Shown here: positions 60,652 through 64,000 of the stretch, piece by piece | Layout: every line of letters begins with the position of its first letter | Position numbering within the stretch: the stretch's first letter is position 1 | NCBI GenBank assembly: GCA_964036045.1 | Contig: OZ038378.1 | Location: 172,980,001 to 173,044,000, forward strand | Reading direction: 5' to 3' | DNA length: 64,000 nt | DNA from: Eutreptiella sp. 'Long Island Sound 2002' | Lineage: Eukaryota; Protista; Euglenida | Program-made: the position numbers and the translations under genes | Notes under the pieces: generated by a model | Databases searched by the model: none | What the model saw: only the letters and a program-made list of their open reading frames with translations | What the model was told of the DNA's origin: nothing

Positions 60652-62382
60652 GCGGGAGGGAGGGGGGGGACTACGGATGGATTGTGTAAGCTTGCGGGGC
60701 AGCAGCACCCTTGGACATAGACACTGCGGCTCAAGTGCAATACTGCCGAGAGGGGGGTTCATGACCGCGTCAGACACTGCGCTCTGCTTGTTTTTTGCTG
60801 CTGCCCCCCTTCCGTTCCCCAACCCCCTCTCCCTCGCTCGCTCACGTACGTGGCTGTGCGGGCGGAGCACCCACAGCCGCCATTCACTCCCCCACCCCTC
60901 GATACAGCAGCACACGATTCACTGGCCGTACGTCTCTACGTCACGACCTGGTGCCGGTTCAGACGGCGGGTTGGGGTGGAACTGCAGCAGCAGCACGCGG
61001 CCGGGCTTGCAGGCGGCCACCCACTCCCGCCGCCCCGGCGCCGAGGCATTGACCGCGTCCAGCACCACAACGCACGGGGCCGTGGCCTGCGCTGCGACGG
61101 TCTTGAGGCGGCTGCGGACCACGAAATGCAGGTCCTTTTGCAAATCCCGCGTGGCTCTGCAGTTGGGGGACAGGGCGGTGCGCCGCTGGAGCTGCTGCGA
61201 GAGGGAGGCCTGGATGTCGTCGCGTGAAACGTACACGACCTGCAGCGTCTCGGCGAGGATGGCGGCCAACCTGAACGATGTCCACGGGGACTTGCGTGGT
61301 CGCGGCCCCGACCGAGAACCCGACCAAAGCTTGTGAAAGTGCGTGTGTGTGGGGGGGGGGGGGCGCCACTGTTCAGAGCCCCAACCCCCCGGCCACTTTC
61401 ATCCACATCCACAAGCCACTTTCATCGACGTGTTTAGGAGATAGTGAGTGAGACCCTGTGTTCCGAAAGTAGCTGTTATTTGAGGAGCTGACCCATACGC
61501 AAGAGGCCACCAAGCACAAGTGACCGGGCCGCTATTCATCATGGGAAAGGGGGCTGCCCTTGGGGGCTCCTTTTAAGGGGGGGGGGGGGGTAGGGGGGGG
61601 GTCTACCCCCCGCCCGCCCCCCCCCGGTGGTGCTGAGTTTTTAGAGGCGCCAAAGGCGCCGAAGAAATTTCTTGGCCTAAACTAATTGGCGCCGAAGGCG
61701 CCAGAGAAAATTTTTGATTGACCGAAGGCCCGGAGAAAATTTTGGGCCAATTACTTAAGGGGGGGTGGGGTGGTGGTGAGGGGACCCCCCCCCCACCCCC
61801 AGTGGTGCTGAATTGCTAAAAGAAACCCTGGGTTGGGGGTGGGGTTTAAGAGGGTTGAAGGTGTTCAATGTGTCACCGGGCTGCACTTTGGCACATGCCC
61901 ACAACCCCCATACTTTTTCCATCCTTCTTCTGCACTCAGACAGGACAACAAGAGAGACAACTTTCCTGCCCTGGGAGCCCCTCTTCACCCCCACCCCAAC
62001 CCTCCGACACACAGTTTCACTTTTCCACCAGCCGCATCCCGGTGCACGACGCAGCGTCCGCATCCGCACGTGTGGATGGGTGGCGTGGAACTGCTTTGCG
62101 ATTCCGTGCGCGTGGATGCGGCGCGCGCCGTGCGTGTGAACGGGGGGCGTGTAGATGCGGTGCGATGCACACGCGCGCTCGCGCAGCCGCACACCTCTGC
62201 AGCAACGTGGTCTTCCCGGTGCCTGGGAGCCCCACCGGCAGAACGAGCCAGTGCTTATCAGAGGGGACTGCGGGGGCGTCATGGATTTGCAGATGGCGGT
62301 GCAGTTTGCTGAGGCTCTCGTTCCCCAGGGCGCGTTCGAAGGCAGACAGCCATTTGCAGATGTTGCCATCGAACTCTTGGAT
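53655..62382 (-). CDS. Trl1-like RNA end-healing enzyme: polynucleotide kinase + 2H cyclic phosphodiesterase (5' part, possibly a ligase domain, continues upstream)
   Basis: Phase-consistent exons: 62382-62195 (LVLPVGLPGTGKTTL), 61270-60948 (YVSRDDI..VVLDAVNASAPGRREW), 59200-58950 (RVAQRKDHPTL), 58067-57895, 57281-57064, 56204-55532 (DLHVTLLS..SLHVTLGTEEKTKAVYC, two HxT motifs), 54171-~53655 (low-complexity tail; 3' end uncertain). Confidence 0.8.
56385..56600. repeat. (GAGGT/GAGGC)n pentanucleotide microsatellite
   Basis: Directly visible. Confidence 0.97.
58140..58348. mobile_element. hAT-like non-autonomous element (MITE), 209 bp, with 8-bp TSD
   Basis: TIRs CAGGGGTGCATTAGAAGGG / CCCTTCCAATGCATCCCAG, flanked by CACCTGAT at 58132-58139 and 58349-58356. 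Confidence 0.8.
60588..60650. repeat. (GT)n microsatellite
   Basis: Directly visible. Confidence 0.98.
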
Positions 62383-63171
62383 CTGAGCCCAAAACAAACG
62401 GAGCAGCAGGAGCAGGAGGAGGAGGAGGATACAGGCGGATTCCGCTGCAGATGAGACATGCGGCCCAGCCAAACCCATTCACGCGCCCGAGCTGAATTCT
62501 GTAGATTCCCTCCGATTCCATTGCCAGACAACAACCGATTTCGTGAACACGTCGCAGGCTCTTTGAGGGCGAACTCCTCCCGTTGATGTTGCAGAACCGA
62601 AAGCACGTGACTGAGGCACTGCACAATCTGAGGTGGGTACAGTGGTCTCCACACGCCAGCGTGGGTAGCCCTCACAACATGCATCACAAAGGGGTCCCTG
62701 AGCACGCATGGATGCTGAATGACTGGACTGCAATTGGAGAGTAAATGCACAACACCAACAAACCACCCCACAGCCTGGCACTCGTGTACAAACACGGTCG
62801 GAAACTTGTCGGTGCAACGCAGCAGGGGTACTCCTGGCTGGACAGGAAGGATGTCCCCCAAGCTACGCAACGCGCTTGGGCCTTGGGGCCAGAAGGGCAA
62901 GAAAGCACAGTTCAGCAAACGGATCCGCCTCCAGAAGTATGTAAAAAAATGCTGAGTCGAAGGGCCACTCGCCGACCAGGGATTTGCTTAACCACGAAGG
63001 GGGTGGGGGGGGGGGTCGTCAAAAGCCCCTCTCGCAACCAGCCACCCACCCAAAAGCCGAAGAAATTTCCCATGGGGGGGAAAGGAATTTTGAATGGAGA
63101 GCGAAAAATGCAGGCCCTTTTTAGGTGCACAAACTTTTGTTTGCCCTCGGCCAAACGCTAAGCATATCCCT

Positions 63172-63545
63172 GTCGCCGACACGCCAGCGCACGACTGGGC
63201 GTGTTATCATCCCTCGGGTCTACCCACGGCCTCTGGTTCCGCTTTCGGGCGGTGTGGACCTTCGGCTGCAATTCTGGCGCCGATCAAATTGTTCCTGTTT
63301 GCCCGGAACTCGATCCCAGGATCTTGGCGACAGGAGCCGGGCATGAAAACCACTCAACCCGCCGCAGTCTCTCTTGCTTGGGGGCGATGCAGGGCATCAA
63401 TCCTCTGTCCGAGGACCAGTCGCCGACACGCCAGCGCACGACTGGGGGTCGTTCCAACCGCGTCAAAGACCTCGAGGATTCGAACCCACGACCTGTGGGC
63501 AGGGCTCGATCCTGGGGCCTTGGCTGTGGGACCAGCTGGAGTCTC
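63172..63545 (-). repeat. Possible tRNA-derived SINE-like element with an internal 28-bp direct repeat
   Basis: Minus strand AGGTCGTGGGTTCGAATCC (B-box/T-arm) at ~63477-63495. GTCGCCGACACGCCAGCGCACGACTGGG at 63172-63199 and 63419-63446. No full cloverleaf. Confidence 0.35.
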
Positions 63546-63673
63546 TTTGGTGGGTGACCGATGGCTGTTGGAAGGTGACCAACGGATCTGTTTTCAGCGG
63601 GTGGGGCGGGCGTGGGGGTTGGCAGTGGGAACGGGACCAAGGAGACGTTGAGTGGCGTTGCTAAGCAAAATGG

Positions 63674-63950
<277 letters not shown>

Positions 63951-64000
63951 TTGTTATGACCAAAACAGAAGTTCAAAAGAGAGAAACTCTTACTCCAGAA

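Noticed and set aside
53655-62382. Functional link between the PNK/CPDase gene and ribozyme-generated 5'-OH and 2',3'-cyclic-phosphate ends
   Set aside because: The chemistry matches, but the two are 40 kb apart with unrelated genes between; no evidence beyond coincidence.

Overview
Intron-rich, GC-rich, repeat-dense eukaryotic DNA. The Ingi/L1Tc-like retroelement hints at a euglenozoan, but the taxon cannot be proven from this sequence. Three host genes lie on the minus strand with GT-AG introns, and I could join their exons with consistent phases: (i) the 3' part of a Trl1-like PNK + 2H-phosphodiesterase RNA end-healing gene (~62.4-53.7 kb), (ii) an apparently complete CEP104 (48727-30858), and (iii) the 5' half of a UvrD/PcrA/Srs2-type SF1 helicase (~28.8-15.8 kb), whose later motifs are not in the window. 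The left 13.3 kb is a minus-strand non-LTR retrotransposon that runs off the left edge. Read 5'->3' it has an HDV-like double-pseudoknot ribozyme fold (13341-13261) abutting a (CGTG)n/(TG)n microsatellite, and then a ~4.9-kb leader with 77-bp repeats, a hairpin cluster and 26 x 103-bp monomers. These are followed by coding sequence for an unknown N-terminal domain, coiled coil, RRM-like/RS region, AP endonuclease, RT and RNase H. Its four frameshifts are all explainable as 1-nt deletions in G/C runs and its four nonsense codons are all TAG, which suggests one giant (>=2,800 codon) ORF. Introns also hold a decayed RNase H1-like ORF, a hAT-like MITE with an 8-bp TSD, a 42-bp minisatellite, inverted-repeat regions and long microsatellites.
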